Of a DNA stretch of 64,000 nt, positions 18,516-28,619 are shown piece after piece (the stretch's first letter is position 1; every line of letters starts with the position of its first letter). Location: the IMG/VR virus record IMGVR_UViG_3300037851_000671, positions 154,773 through 218,772 of that record; one strand, 5' to 3'. The notes beneath the pieces were generated by a model. That model saw only the letters and a program-made list of their open reading frames with translations. It was not told the origin of the DNA and searched no databases. The position numbers and the translations under genes are program-made. This DNA is from a virus. Lineage: Duplodnaviria; Caudoviricetes.

Positions 18516-18553
18516 AAACGAGGTCGTAACCAATGAAGGCCACGACCTCGTTT
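18516..18553. repeat. 12-bp perfect inverted repeat upstream of guaB-like gene
   Basis: AAACGAGGTCGT-14 nt-ACGACCTCGTTT. Confidence 0.7.
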
Positions 18554-18569
18554 GCTCGACGGGAAACTG

Positions 18570-19853
18570 TTACATCTGCCTACCAGAACCCTTCTTCCTT
18601 AAACTTTCAGCCTCTGGCATCAACTCTCCATCGGCCATTTCTTTAACAAATATCTTTGGAAAATCCCATCTACCATGGTGTTTCTTTCCCTTTTGTTCCC
18701 ATACAATATCAACATCTGATAGTTTTCGTGATTCAATCTTGTCACCACGTACATATTCAGTGACCTCGGCTTTATCAACAATGCCAACATCACCATCAAC
18801 ATGATGAACTCTCATTCCTTTGGTAAAGTTTTCCAAAGGGTAATTGCTAAGTGGCACAGCAGAATCTCTAACAGACCAAGCAAAGGCAGCCCTTACAGAT
18901 GCATCTTCTTCGTGTCTGACACCAACCACTCCGCCATTGAAACTCATTGGATACATTTTGCCGTAGTAGTTCCAAACGAACGGAGCCTCACTCATGCCCT
19001 TTGGAAAATTACCACCAGTAATCCAGTGAGATGAAAAGTCCATTTTCTTGTCATCTGTTAGGTATGGATAGAAAGCAAGTATATGACCATTGATGAACGG
19101 CCCTCCGCTTCCACCACCATCATTATAGAAACCTTTCCAGAAATCAGTATGATCTTTTCCTTGAGCAGCGGAAACAAACTCATCAAGAACAGGCTTTAGT
19201 TTATCTGTCCACCAAGACAGGCCAAGCTCATCAAAAACATTCACTCTATTGCGTATGTTTTTCCAGTCTTCTACAGAGCCTTCAAGGGTTACTCTTGGAA
19301 TACCACAACGGGTTGACATGCCATAGTCAAAATAACTCTTCATTGCGTCCATCAGAGTTATCTCGCTAGCAAGCTTGGCTAGAGGTGTAGTTGTTGAGAA
19401 ATCAGATACTATAAGGTCACGTTTCTTTCCAATGTATTTTCCAATCCTCTCAGAGAATTCAGGGAAAGTATCCTCCCATGGGTTTTGACCACCTTTTACA
19501 AAGTTATCTCTAGATATCTCAATGAATACTTTGCCATCAAAATCAACAAAATGCTTTCTAAGCTCCTCGGCATTTAGATTGATATGTGTGGCAAGTCCTT
19601 TGGTTATGGTCAGCCAAATAGCGTCAGGATCTAGTATTAGCGGGTAGTGACAATCAAATGAAGATTGCACAACGCTATACAGGCCCTGCGTGGACCAGCG
19701 GCGCACCAGCTGATCGGGAGTTGAACAGGCCTCAAGCGCAAACCTGTAATTTTCCTTTAGAGACTCTTTGACGGTACAAAGACTTGTCTTTTCTATTTGT
19801 GTATTGGTTTTGAATGAGCTGTTCTTTTCACAGACTTTGAATGTTACGGTCAT
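18570..19853 (-). CDS. DUF4419-like protein
   Basis: 'HYPLILDPDAIWLTI', 'DFSTTT', 'CGIPRVTLEGSVEDW', 'INGHI'. Confidence 0.65.
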   Translation of the reverse strand: MTVTFKVCEKNSSFKTNTQIEKTSLCTVKESLKENYRFALEACSTPDQLVRRWSTQGLYSVVQSSFDCHYPLILDPDAIWLTITKGLATHINLNAEELRKHFVDFDGKVFIEISRDNFVKGGQNPWEDTFPEFSERIGKYIGKKRDLIVSDFSTTTPLAKLASEITLMDAMKSYFDYGMSTRCGIPRVTLEGSVEDWKNIRNRVNVFDELGLSWWTDKLKPVLDEFVSAAQGKDHTDFWKGFYNDGGGSGGPFINGHILAFYPYLTDDKKMDFSSHWITGGNFPKGMSEAPFVWNYYGKMYPMSFNGGVVGVRHEEDASVRAAFAWSVRDSAVPLSNYPLENFTKGMRVHHVDGDVGIVDKAEVTEYVRGDKIESRKLSDVDIVWEQKGKKHHGRWDFPKIFVKEMADGELMPEAESLRKKGSGRQM

Positions 19854-19892
19854 GATGACAAATCATGACCAGCCTTGTGTTCTCGACCTATT

Positions 19893-20084
19893 TCAACCAG
19901 TTTTACCAATTAAAGCGCTAAGCCAAAGATCGTACAGAGCTTGTTTTCGTTTCTTGAGCTTTTTCTTTCGCCTTACTTTTTCAGGCAACGCTTTGAAGTC
20001 TTTTGTTTTAGATGCCCACTCTTTCGCCATCTCAGGATCGTTAGCGAACATCCACCTCACTTGTTTTTTACTTTGAAATGGCAT
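19893..20084 (-). CDS. small basic phage protein
   Basis: 'MPFQSKKQVRWMFANDPEMAKEW' resembles a common small phage ORF family. Confidence 0.55.
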   Translation of the reverse strand: MPFQSKKQVRWMFANDPEMAKEWASKTKDFKALPEKVRRKKKLKKRKQALYDLWLSALIGKTG

Positions 20085-20610
20085 CTTTCTCCAATACTGC
20101 TACAAAATCATCATACCATTTATTTACCTGACTACGGAAAGGCCACATCCAACCATATTGACCAGTAGTAAAATGATCCAACATGTTCTCTTTGAAAGAT
20201 GGATTTCTCAACATTTCAACACCGTATTCTTCTGCAATACAGCGCATGGTTTCCTGGTATGCCTCCCACTCCAGTTGCGCACGGTACCAGGCCAAACCAA
20301 ATGGTAATGGTATCAGTAAATATAACAAAGAATACAGAAGCATACCGTAACGTTTTTGCTGGAGGAGGTGGACCCGTTCATGTCTAAGAACCTCACTCTT
20401 CAGATTATCATGCCAAGTATACCAGGCATCTGGCACATACATTGTACTACCAATGGTGGTGATGAAGTTAGTCATGAAATCACGATTGAAAAAAAGCAGG
20501 TATGATATGACAATCATTAACCAGCTCTTGGTTTTCTGCTCTACCTTAAATCCAGGGAACTCTTTCTGAACATCACCCAGCAAATCGTCATATGTCATAA
20601 TTTCTCCCAC
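20068..20610 (-). CDS. putative zincin-like metallopeptidase
   Basis: HExxH 'HERVH' and downstream 'EWEAY'. Confidence 0.55.
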   Translation of the reverse strand: MGEIMTYDDLLGDVQKEFPGFKVEQKTKSWLMIVISYLLFFNRDFMTNFITTIGSTMYVPDAWYTWHDNLKSEVLRHERVHLLQQKRYGMLLYSLLYLLIPLPFGLAWYRAQLEWEAYQETMRCIAEEYGVEMLRNPSFKENMLDHFTTGQYGWMWPFRSQVNKWYDDFVAVLEKDAISK

Positions 20611-20628
20611 CTATATTTACCTAATTAT

Positions 20629-21429
20629 TCACTTCCATTTATAAATCATACTATCTACTGGGCATTTCCCAATTACATCAAAAAAGTGTTGAGATTTGGA
20701 TTGTGAAATGCCTATGACATATCCAGTACCACTGTTTGTTTTCTTCAATGACATACCAAGCTCGAAAGACTCGTTGAACAGTGAGCAAAGCATTTCTTGT
20801 TCTGTTTTAGTAAACGATTGTGACGACATGGTTATTGTAATCTGTTTTGTTTTTGACTCCTTTCTCCTGTGAGATGACGATCCGTCATCAAGAAACCAAT
20901 GAAGAAGTGTGGTGGTTGTAACACACACGTTATTTGGAACAACCTTCTTACCAGCCGGATACCAATCTTTGTATAGAGCGTCAAGATTTTCATTGGCAAA
21001 AGATGATAGTTTGTGATATGTAAAAGACTTGCCATTGATGATGTTTGTGTCATCAACAATCCTGTCAGAAACATTGCAATCAAATAATTGATTAGCTACG
21101 AACTCAACATGATCGTAGTTTTTGTTTTTCTTGTAGAAATATGGCATGCTTAGCTGACTGCGCGGGTTAGACTTTTTCAACCCACCATCACCAAGCAAAC
21201 AGCCATGCAACACCTCAAGGTTCAGACGAAACCCATCTGAACGTTTGTGTGTCTGCGCTTTACTTCTATTTCTAATCGGTATGCTGAATCGGGCAAGCGC
21301 TTGACGAACGGAGTTACCAGTCGGAGCACCTATAGACCTTGCGATGTCTAGTGTGCTCCGACCATTGTCTAGGTACTCACGGACAAGCCAGTCCCGATCA
21401 TTTAAGCAAGCGTATTTTCTTGACTCCAT
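20629..21429 (-). mobile_element. LAGLIDADG homing endonuclease with N-terminal HTH
   Basis: two motifs 'LHGCLLGDGGL' and 'LLHWFLDDGSS'. Confidence 0.85.
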
Positions 21430-21458
21430 GCCTAAATGGCATGGTATTAGTATACGGA

Positions 21459-22985
21459 CTATACAATCTCAAGAAGGTAACGTATTCCAGACTGGTTGTT
21501 TGAATCATTGAAATCATATGTAATCATTTCATCATTCCTCAATGTCCCACCATTCATATCGGAGCCGGCTTTTCCGTACACTGAATGGTATCCGTTTGGA
21601 GGACATTTGAAAAACTGAGATCTGTTAGATTTGTGTTGCTTACCCATAGACACATCAAGCAGAAACATGAAACGAGATGAAATTGAACGGTTTCCACCTG
21701 TCCAATAACCTCCGTCGCAATAGTTTAGAGATTTTGTTGACTGCCAAGCAAAATATTTTCCATCACCAAACAAAGATCCAGTGTATACAGCTCCAGTGGG
21801 ACGAATCATCAGACCGCGCCTGGTGATACCAACCAGATTGGCGCTCCTGGTACCGTGCCAGCAAAGCCAGACATTGGCATCGTTGTAGAGCTTGACCAGT
21901 GGCTTATCCAAATCTGGACGCTTCTCAGGAACCCAAAGCTTGCTCTTGTCATGAGAAAGACTCTCGGTTTCGCTGGCAAACGTATGCCTCCCGTTTTCCT
22001 TACCAATACGCTCTGTGGTTTTGATGAAGGCGGCTTCTTTGGCATCCTTGCGCTTCATTGACCAGATGCGAGCTACTTTATTGGCGTCGTATCCATGGCC
22101 ACGAACCTTGGTGTCATTGAAATAGCCAGACAAGAACTTGAACAGGTCGGAAGTGGGATCGACAGTATCAAAGTCACAGTTGAGACTGAGATACTTGTCA
22201 TCAGAGCTGGAGTCCGCCTTGAGCACAGCGTTGACTTGCTTGGCGTCAAGTAGGGTATCCAGGTCCCCTTCTTTGGCAACGATCTTGTCCAGAGTATCCA
22301 GCAACAAATGACTCATCTGACCACGCGCGCCGGCCCCTAGATTGTGGGGAATGGTAGCGTAGAAAGTATTGGTCAGTGCAAGGATCTCTTTTGTATCGTC
22401 AGAAGACAACCTTTTGTTGCCATTGACAATTACCTTGGCTTTATCCAGGGCTTCACGTCCCTTATCAATCTGCTCGTTTGAGAGCTGACCCAAAGGGCAT
22501 TTTAGAGTCTGTGCAACGAAATTGGCCTGAGCACCGAAGAAGATATCTACAATGCGGCGCTGACCTTCGTTGAGTGAGCTTTTGGGTGCTGCATCCAAGT
22601 GTTCGGCATTCTTGAATACCACTGGCTTGGTAATCTGCTTTGCACCATCGCTACCAATAGCACGCTGGGCAACATCAATTCTCGTGTACCCTTTCTTTTC
22701 CTTGCTCTTGATGATCTTGTCCATTTCTTTCTTGGCTTCATCAAAACTGGAAAAACAGCGATACTCACGAGCTTGGACCTTACCAGTGGGGCCATACATC
22801 GTGAAGAGCTGAGCACGCCCACCGTTCTTTTCTACCTGCAACTCGGCATGATAGAACTTATTACTAGTACCTTTGGTGTTTGCCTTCTCGCCGGTCATGT
22901 CGAAGAAATTGAGTTCAACAACCTCTTTGACATCATATGAACCCTCATGAAGGATTGGGGTGTTCTGGCACTTTGCGGCAGCCAT
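21459..22985 (-). CDS. poly(ADP-ribose) polymerase-like protein (WGR + regulatory + catalytic domains)
   Basis: WGR-like 'NKFYHAELQ..LFTMYGPTG', 'CPLGQLSNEQIDKG', 'FYATIPH', catalytic 'WHGT', 'FGDGKYFA..KSLNY', 'NDEMITY'. Confidence 0.88.
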   Translation of the reverse strand: MAAAKCQNTPILHEGSYDVKEVVELNFFDMTGEKANTKGTSNKFYHAELQVEKNGGRAQLFTMYGPTGKVQAREYRCFSSFDEAKKEMDKIIKSKEKKGYTRIDVAQRAIGSDGAKQITKPVVFKNAEHLDAAPKSSLNEGQRRIVDIFFGAQANFVAQTLKCPLGQLSNEQIDKGREALDKAKVIVNGNKRLSSDDTKEILALTNTFYATIPHNLGAGARGQMSHLLLDTLDKIVAKEGDLDTLLDAKQVNAVLKADSSSDDKYLSLNCDFDTVDPTSDLFKFLSGYFNDTKVRGHGYDANKVARIWSMKRKDAKEAAFIKTTERIGKENGRHTFASETESLSHDKSKLWVPEKRPDLDKPLVKLYNDANVWLCWHGTRSANLVGITRRGLMIRPTGAVYTGSLFGDGKYFAWQSTKSLNYCDGGYWTGGNRSISSRFMFLLDVSMGKQHKSNRSQFFKCPPNGYHSVYGKAGSDMNGGTLRNDEMITYDFNDSNNQSGIRYLLEIV

Positions 22986-23001
22986 TGGTTAGTTGACCTT
23001 T

Positions 23002-23229
23002 CTATGCTTTGGCAAACACTTGCCTATTGATCCAGAGGATCTGATCAAATTTCATCTGGTAAGAACAAGTATCGCACTTGTAAGATTTAATCTTGCTCGG
23101 TATGAATGGCATTTTACAGGCCGGACAGGCGGCGAGCATAGAACCCTCTTTAGACATCCTAACAAGCTCTATCCCAACCTTTTGTAATTGATCTGCGTTA
23201 TCTGTCATCAACAATGGATATACCATCAT
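23002..23229 (-). CDS. small Zn-ribbon hypothetical protein
   Basis: CPAC..CDTC. Confidence 0.45.
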   Translation of the reverse strand: MMVYPLLMTDNADQLQKVGIELVRMSKEGSMLAACPACKMPFIPSKIKSYKCDTCSYQMKFDQILWINRQVFAKA

Positions 23230-23257
23230 ATAGAACCGAATATTCCGGAATTAGCGT

Positions 23258-24226
23258 ATGGACAGAGAATTCAGAATAGCTGCCTTTAACCAACTGCGAA
23301 AGAATGCCGCAGATCCTATACCTTCATCCAACTCATTCGCGGAGACGGACTGGTCTGCTGTCGATTGGTCGAAAGCCGGAATCCTCGGAGATAAGATCCG
23401 TCAACAATTCGCAGACAACAAGTTCAAGTACAGTGGGGCTGGAATCGGGCTGAGTGTACCGAACACGCAAGTAATCTGGCCAGGACCACAGTGTATCCAT
23501 CCTGACGGCTCTGTCAATATCCTTTTCTTCTTTCGTGGAGGAGGAGCGGACGTAATGAGCAAATCTTCGACCAATGCAATAGTAGTGATGGCAGATGCTG
23601 GAGGTATTGGTGGAGGAGCTAGTGCTAATCAATTCGGAAATGCTTCATTCGTAAATAGTTCAGTGCAATCAATCATAGCTCAACTAAAGAACAAATTTCC
23701 AGACAAGAATATTCATCTCGGTCATCTTGGTTTCACTGGCTGGTCTGGAGGCTACGCGCCCATTGGAAGAATACTATCCTCTGGAGGTCTAGTGAAACAA
23801 CCAGATCACGTCAGTGTTCTTGACGGCATTCATGAAGGGGATCTTCACAAACCAAATGGGGCATCACTAGACAAGCAATGGAAAGGTATCATTGACGCAG
23901 CAAAAGACGGCAAAACAGAATTCACGTTTGTACACACAGCGGTGAACCCTGGATCTTATGCAAGCACAACTGATGCGGCCAATTACTTCCTGGCACACAA
24001 CAATATGTCACGCCAACCAGTTGAACAATGGGATGGCAAAGGTAAAAAACCGGATTCAATAGCTTCGGCTGGTAACTTCAAAGTGGTGCAACTGTACTCT
24101 GAAGAACAGCCTTATATGGTCAAAGACCCTTCGGGGCAAAACAAACCTAACATACCTGGAACTGCCGGTTATCAGCACATACAGGCTAGAAACTCTGCCC
24201 CGGACTATCTTCCTAACTGGGCTTAA
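23258..24226 (+). CDS. alpha/beta-hydrolase-like protein
   Basis: GxSxG elbow 'GFTGWSGGY', 'VLDGIH'. Confidence 0.5.
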   Translation: MDREFRIAAFNQLRKNAADPIPSSNSFAETDWSAVDWSKAGILGDKIRQQFADNKFKYSGAGIGLSVPNTQVIWPGPQCIHPDGSVNILFFFRGGGADVMSKSSTNAIVVMADAGGIGGGASANQFGNASFVNSSVQSIIAQLKNKFPDKNIHLGHLGFTGWSGGYAPIGRILSSGGLVKQPDHVSVLDGIHEGDLHKPNGASLDKQWKGIIDAAKDGKTEFTFVHTAVNPGSYASTTDAANYFLAHNNMSRQPVEQWDGKGKKPDSIASAGNFKVVQLYSEEQPYMVKDPSGQNKPNIPGTAGYQHIQARNSAPDYLPNWA

Positions 24227-24432
24227 TTAGGTAGGTCATCGTTATCTGGGATGTGTTCGCTTGAGACTGCATGAATCTCAACATCCAAATCATCGTTGAT
24301 AAATTCACAAGTAATCTCTCCCTCAAAGTCTTCGGGTAGATCCCTGACCATTATTGCCCATGCGATAGTAGCTAAAGCCTCATCCCTAGTAAGGGTCTTT
24401 TTAAGTATTGACATCTCATAGGGATATATCAA
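24223..24432 (-). CDS. small acidic hypothetical protein
   Basis: 69 aa ORF; likely start at the internal Met. Confidence 0.4.
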   Translation of the reverse strand: MIYPYEMSILKKTLTRDEALATIAWAIMVRDLPEDFEGEITCEFINDDLDVEIHAVSSEHIPDNDDLPN

Positions 24433-25088
24433 CCTCGTTTTAGCGATTCTATAATTGCTTGCGCTGCCATTTCACCATTTTCGTAGTCATTCAAGTTGAA
24501 AAGTGTTGGCCGCATGAAGCCGCTCATTCTGGCAGCTTCCACGTTCTCTGGCCTGTCATCAAAGAACGGAACGTCAGTCCAGCCGTGAGACAGGAAGAAA
24601 CTCTGAAAATACAACGCCTGAGGTTTCCTAGCTCCAACCTCACATGAAAAATGACGTATGCAATCCGAGAATTCAGGAATCATATGCATCAGCAAACTAG
24701 CATGATCTGTTCCAACGTTGGACAACAAACAGACCACAGTACCGTCTGATATCAAAGATTCAACCATGTTTATCATTGGTTGACATGGCTTTACTGTGTT
24801 CAACCAAGCCTGTTGAATAGTGAGTATGTCAGATTCAGATGCATGTGGTATGGCAGTCAAAATGCACTGCTTCATATTCACAAGTCCCATATCCTGGCTG
24901 GCTTGTATGGAGGAAAGCCAATCGTAGGCGTGCAATATAGTAGGCCACCTGCTCGGATACTGTTTTACAATGGTAACCAAGAACGAATCAATGTCAACAT
25001 AACACAGTACATTACCAATATCAAAGGCAACAACTTTAGCTGAGAATTTCTTCGAGGTATTCATGTAACAATTTTCCTTTTTCAACAA
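24429..25088 (-). CDS. HAD-superfamily hydrolase (YihX-like)
   Basis: 'VAFDIGNVL', 'LLSN', 'ARKP', 'FFDDRPENVEAA'. Confidence 0.8.
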   Translation of the reverse strand: MLKKENCYMNTSKKFSAKVVAFDIGNVLCYVDIDSFLVTIVKQYPSRWPTILHAYDWLSSIQASQDMGLVNMKQCILTAIPHASESDILTIQQAWLNTVKPCQPMINMVESLISDGTVVCLLSNVGTDHASLLMHMIPEFSDCIRHFSCEVGARKPQALYFQSFFLSHGWTDVPFFDDRPENVEAARMSGFMRPTLFNLNDYENGEMAAQAIIESLKRG

Positions 25089-25857
25089 CCAATGGCTTGG
25101 TGGTTGTTTCTTCCGATTTATCTCTTATCCATTTTATTGATTTTGAACTTCCAAAATCAACACCAATTTTAAATCTCTCAACCAATAGACCATTAAGCAT
25201 TGTCTCGATATCTGGTGATGATCTGGTTATCATAGGCACCATGCCACTTGAAACAATATCAGCAACGAAACTAGTTTCACCAGTTGTCAATCTCTCGTTG
25301 CTTTTCAGGACAAGGTCATCGAAAACAGGATCGGGAGAAGAGTAACATAGCTGTGTATTGTTTGTCTCTGTGTATGGTGTAACCAGATCGTATCCATCTT
25401 CCAATCCAATGAATGAATAGACAAAATACCTATCAGCTTTAGGAAGTTTGCTAAGTAGTGTTTTTTGAGAGCGAAAGATTGGCTGGCTAACGCTTTTCAA
25501 CAGAAACAATGGACTACAGTATATCAAAGGCTTGCCAAGTATAGCCGCCATATTTGCTGAGAAGAACTCAACATCACTGATGACAATGTCTGGATCCCAA
25601 TCTATGATGTCGTCAATTATGAACTTTGACAGTTTCTCTGATACGGATGGTGAAAAGAGTCCAAAGTTTTTTCTGAAAAACCCACCAGTCTTAACGTCAA
25701 AGACAGGATCTAGCGCCCAATCTATCCACTGGATATATTTGGAGCGCCTATAGAAAGCCAGTATCTTGACATCGTGTTGGTGTTTGATGTGTGGAAGAAA
25801 TCTCCCACCAAAGATATCAGACCCAGGTCTATCATTGATCCCTAGAAGTATCTTCAT
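25036..25857 (-). CDS. glycosyltransferase-like protein (GT-B, divergent)
   Basis: 'WDPDIVISDVEFFSANMAAILGKPLI', 'GETSFVAD'. Confidence 0.45.
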   Translation of the reverse strand: MKILLGINDRPGSDIFGGRFLPHIKHQHDVKILAFYRRSKYIQWIDWALDPVFDVKTGGFFRKNFGLFSPSVSEKLSKFIIDDIIDWDPDIVISDVEFFSANMAAILGKPLIYCSPLFLLKSVSQPIFRSQKTLLSKLPKADRYFVYSFIGLEDGYDLVTPYTETNNTQLCYSSPDPVFDDLVLKSNERLTTGETSFVADIVSSGMVPMITRSSPDIETMLNGLLVERFKIGVDFGSSKSIKWIRDKSEETTTKPLVVEKGKLLHEYLEEILS

Positions 25858-25861
25858 GTCA

Positions 25862-26506
25862 TCAATAACAATCAGAGAACTTTTCTTGAATCAAAGGCTT
25901 GAAAACCTCAATGATTTTCTCGAACAGGTCTTTGGTCATTTTCACGTCACCATCAGCTCTGTGTGCTTGAGCTTTTGTGATTCCAAATGACTTCACCAGA
26001 GAACCAAGGTTGTATCGTCCGCGATGTTTACCAGTGCATACATCTATGATTCTTACAAGGTCTATCGTATCCAATATCATAGATACGTTTCTCTTGGTTC
26101 CATCCTGATTATCTATCCAATAGCCAAATGGGAAATTGTCTATATCGCCAGAACGTTCCCAGAGTTTCAATAGGAATGAATGATCGAATTCTGGATTTTG
26201 TCCGATGAATATTCTATCTTCGGCGGCGGCACCATCGGCCATGAGCCACATCTCTATGTCTGGAAGAACCTGAGATGGATGGAGATATTTCTCTTTGCCT
26301 GCGGCTGTTTTGTGTAGGATGTCTTCTTTCTTGTGTCCGTTGATTTGAAGGGCTTTATCTTCAATGTTAGCGGCACTTAGTGGTGATAGACACCATGTCT
26401 TGCTTTCTGGATCGCCTATACGCCAGAAGCAGACCTCAATTATGTCATGCTTGTTAGGGTCAGTGCCTGTAGTTTCTGTGTCAATGACGTACTCTACATA
26501 GCTCAT
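25862..26506 (-). CDS. DEDDh 3'-5' exonuclease
   Basis: 'VIDTETTG', 'GQNPEFD', 'HRADGD'. Confidence 0.85.
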   Translation of the reverse strand: MSYVEYVIDTETTGTDPNKHDIIEVCFWRIGDPESKTWCLSPLSAANIEDKALQINGHKKEDILHKTAAGKEKYLHPSQVLPDIEMWLMADGAAAEDRIFIGQNPEFDHSFLLKLWERSGDIDNFPFGYWIDNQDGTKRNVSMILDTIDLVRIIDVCTGKHRGRYNLGSLVKSFGITKAQAHRADGDVKMTKDLFEKIIEVFKPLIQEKFSDCY

Positions 26507-26521
26507 GTGTTTAGGCTCCTG

Positions 26522-26770
26522 TTAATCGGTGGAGCCCTCCCACCCTGATGTCTCGACTGCTTTTTCCTGCGGGGATAGCCTATCAAAATACAGAAGGAAC
26601 ATGGCACATGTATTGCTCTCTACAGGAATCTCTACAACTGATTTGTACTCATTCTCAAAAATCAAGAAAGATTTTCCGCTTACTATCTTTGTGCCTTTGA
26701 ATAATATCATTTTTACTCCTTTGTTATCTTGTCTGCGATATTCCTTTTGAATTCTGCTATCGAGCGCCAT
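26522..26770 (-). CDS. hypothetical protein
   Basis: ORF in operon; likely starts at internal MILFKG. Confidence 0.4.
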   Translation of the reverse strand: MALDSRIQKEYRRQDNKGVKMILFKGTKIVSGKSFLIFENEYKSVVEIPVESNTCAMFLLYFDRLSPQEKAVETSGWEGSTD

Positions 26771-27087
26771 CCAACTCTAAATCCTTCAAGCAAAAAAGAC
26801 ATACCTACAGATGTTTTCATGAAGTCTTTTTCTTTTGATGTAAACCTTGAGCCCTTTATATTGAGTAGTATTTTGTTATCGTTATCAAGAACATTCCAAT
26901 CTTCAAGAGCGCCGCCTTTTTCTACTGGAACGCGTTTGATTCTTAGGACTTTTCCTGGCTTGTTATCATCGTCGTTGAACAGTTCGGTATCATGCTTTGA
27001 TAATGAGTTACCAACCTTACCAGCAGAGCTTCCCTCGTCATATACAAACTCATCATTTTCAACAATGTATTTCTCGTAATTCTTCAT
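26713..27087 (-). CDS. hypothetical protein
   Basis: 124 aa ORF in operon. Confidence 0.5.
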   Translation of the reverse strand: MKNYEKYIVENDEFVYDEGSSAGKVGNSLSKHDTELFNDDDNKPGKVLRIKRVPVEKGGALEDWNVLDNDNKILLNIKGSRFTSKEKDFMKTSVGMSFLLEGFRVGWRSIAEFKRNIADKITKE

Positions 27088-28379
27088 TTCAAGGCTCCAT
27101 CTACAGCTAACACTCCCATAATACCGGCAGCAGCAATACCCTTTATACCGGCGCTTTCACCAGCTACGAACAAACCTTCAACTTCAGTTTCCAAATTAGA
27201 TGCTATGTTTATCTTGGTGGTGTTCGTATCCACATCAGGTACATGGAAATAACCACGGGCAGATAGATTTGGAATGAATGTGTTGATTATCTCAACAGCC
27301 TCTGGCAGCCAAGCGTACTCTGGAAGAAGAGATATCTGATCTGTTTTCTTCAAGAAGCTTTTCAATTTTTCTCTGCCAACCCTATCTCCAGACAGCAGAT
27401 ATGACAGTTTAGCTATTCTATCTGTTTGCTGCCATCCCTCCCCATCTTGTTTGATTTTCTTTTTGATAGAGAAGAACGCCTTATCTGTTTTCCATCTATC
27501 TTCATTTGACCTGAATGATGCGATTGTAACATCAGCATGGTCCTCTTGAATTATAGAACCAAACCAATTTATAGGCCCAACAGATAGACCATCAGAGACA
27601 AACGAACAATGTGACTTGTTGAACTCTTTGAGAGTAGAGGCTGGTAATTCTGCTCTGATTCCGTATGAGGTATAATCGTTCTCAAGCAGTATTCCAAAAC
27701 TTGAGTACAGTTTGTTGACCCATCTCCATCCACTTCTTCCAACACAAAGAATGAGTTTCTTGCAGGAAAAATCACCTTGTGACGTGACAACCTTGAATGA
27801 TTTGCCAGTCTTCAAAATAGTGAAAACATCGGTATCAAACGACAACACGATGTTTCCGGCTTCCTCAATCTTGTCAGCAGAAATCTTTGACAACTGGTGA
27901 ATCATCTCAGGAGACCACTGTTGATATGTGTGGTGTATGAAAGAGAAACCCTCTTCTTCGGCTTTTTTCTTGACTGTCTGGTTTGGCAGCTTTGTCTTGA
28001 TCAGTTTGTCTGTATTGATCTCCTCTATCTGTGACGAGAAGAACTTGGTTGCCATCTTGACCTTGCGACCATCAGCAACCTCAAGAACCTTGTTGGCATC
28101 TTCCTCAACATAAACCTTTCCATCTCCGGTAGGAAAACAGCCAAACCAACCTTCAAGTTGGCGGCGTCTACGTTTGATGTGAATCGGATCTTGACGTAAG
28201 CAGTTTGGAGGAGGTGGACCAAACTCGAATACAATGCTTTTTAAGTTTTTGTGTTTCTCTGCCAGTCTCAGAGCAGCAAAAACACCAGATACCCCCGCGC
28301 CGATTATACCAATATCATAAGTTGAAGCTGTTGTCATATTGTCCTGTGTAAGATTTAACAGCTTTGATATAACGAACAT
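27084..28379 (-). CDS. FAD/NAD(P)-dependent oxidoreductase
   Basis: Rossmann 'YDIGIIGAGVSG', 'LCVGRSG', 'GLFVAGESAG'. Confidence 0.8.
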   Translation of the reverse strand: MFVISKLLNLTQDNMTTASTYDIGIIGAGVSGVFAALRLAEKHKNLKSIVFEFGPPPPNCLRQDPIHIKRRRRQLEGWFGCFPTGDGKVYVEEDANKVLEVADGRKVKMATKFFSSQIEEINTDKLIKTKLPNQTVKKKAEEEGFSFIHHTYQQWSPEMIHQLSKISADKIEEAGNIVLSFDTDVFTILKTGKSFKVVTSQGDFSCKKLILCVGRSGWRWVNKLYSSFGILLENDYTSYGIRAELPASTLKEFNKSHCSFVSDGLSVGPINWFGSIIQEDHADVTIASFRSNEDRWKTDKAFFSIKKKIKQDGEGWQQTDRIAKLSYLLSGDRVGREKLKSFLKKTDQISLLPEYAWLPEAVEIINTFIPNLSARGYFHVPDVDTNTTKINIASNLETEVEGLFVAGESAGIKGIAAAGIMGVLAVDGALK

Positions 28380-28389
28380 TGGACGGCTT

Positions 28390-28421
28390 AAAAGAAAAAA
28401 GCCAAGAGGTTATCTTGGCTT
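28390..28421 (-). terminator. intrinsic terminator after the Ser tRNA cluster
   Basis: AAGCCAAG/CTTGGCTT stem followed on the minus strand by TTTTTTCTTTT. Confidence 0.75.
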
Positions 28422-28425
28422 AGGG

Positions 28426-28514
28426 CGGAAGTGGCAGGATTTGAACCTGCGGTGGGCTGTTAACCACACGACTGTTTAGCAAACAGTTACAATAAGCCGC
28501 TCTGACACACTTCC
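28426..28514 (-). tRNA. tRNA-Ser(GCT)
   Basis: loop TTGCTAA, long variable arm, G73. Confidence 0.9.
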
Positions 28515-28527
28515 ATATGAAAATTTG

Positions 28528-28613
28528 CGGAAGAAGAAGGAGTCAAACCTTCAAGACCTTTTGGGTTCGCCGGAGTTCGAAGCCGGTGCCATCATCTATT
28601 GGCTTGTTCTTCC
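28528..28613 (-). tRNA. tRNA-Ser(CGA)
   Basis: loop TTCGAAC, long variable arm, 31-39 mismatch. Confidence 0.8.
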
Positions 28614-28619
28614 AATCAG

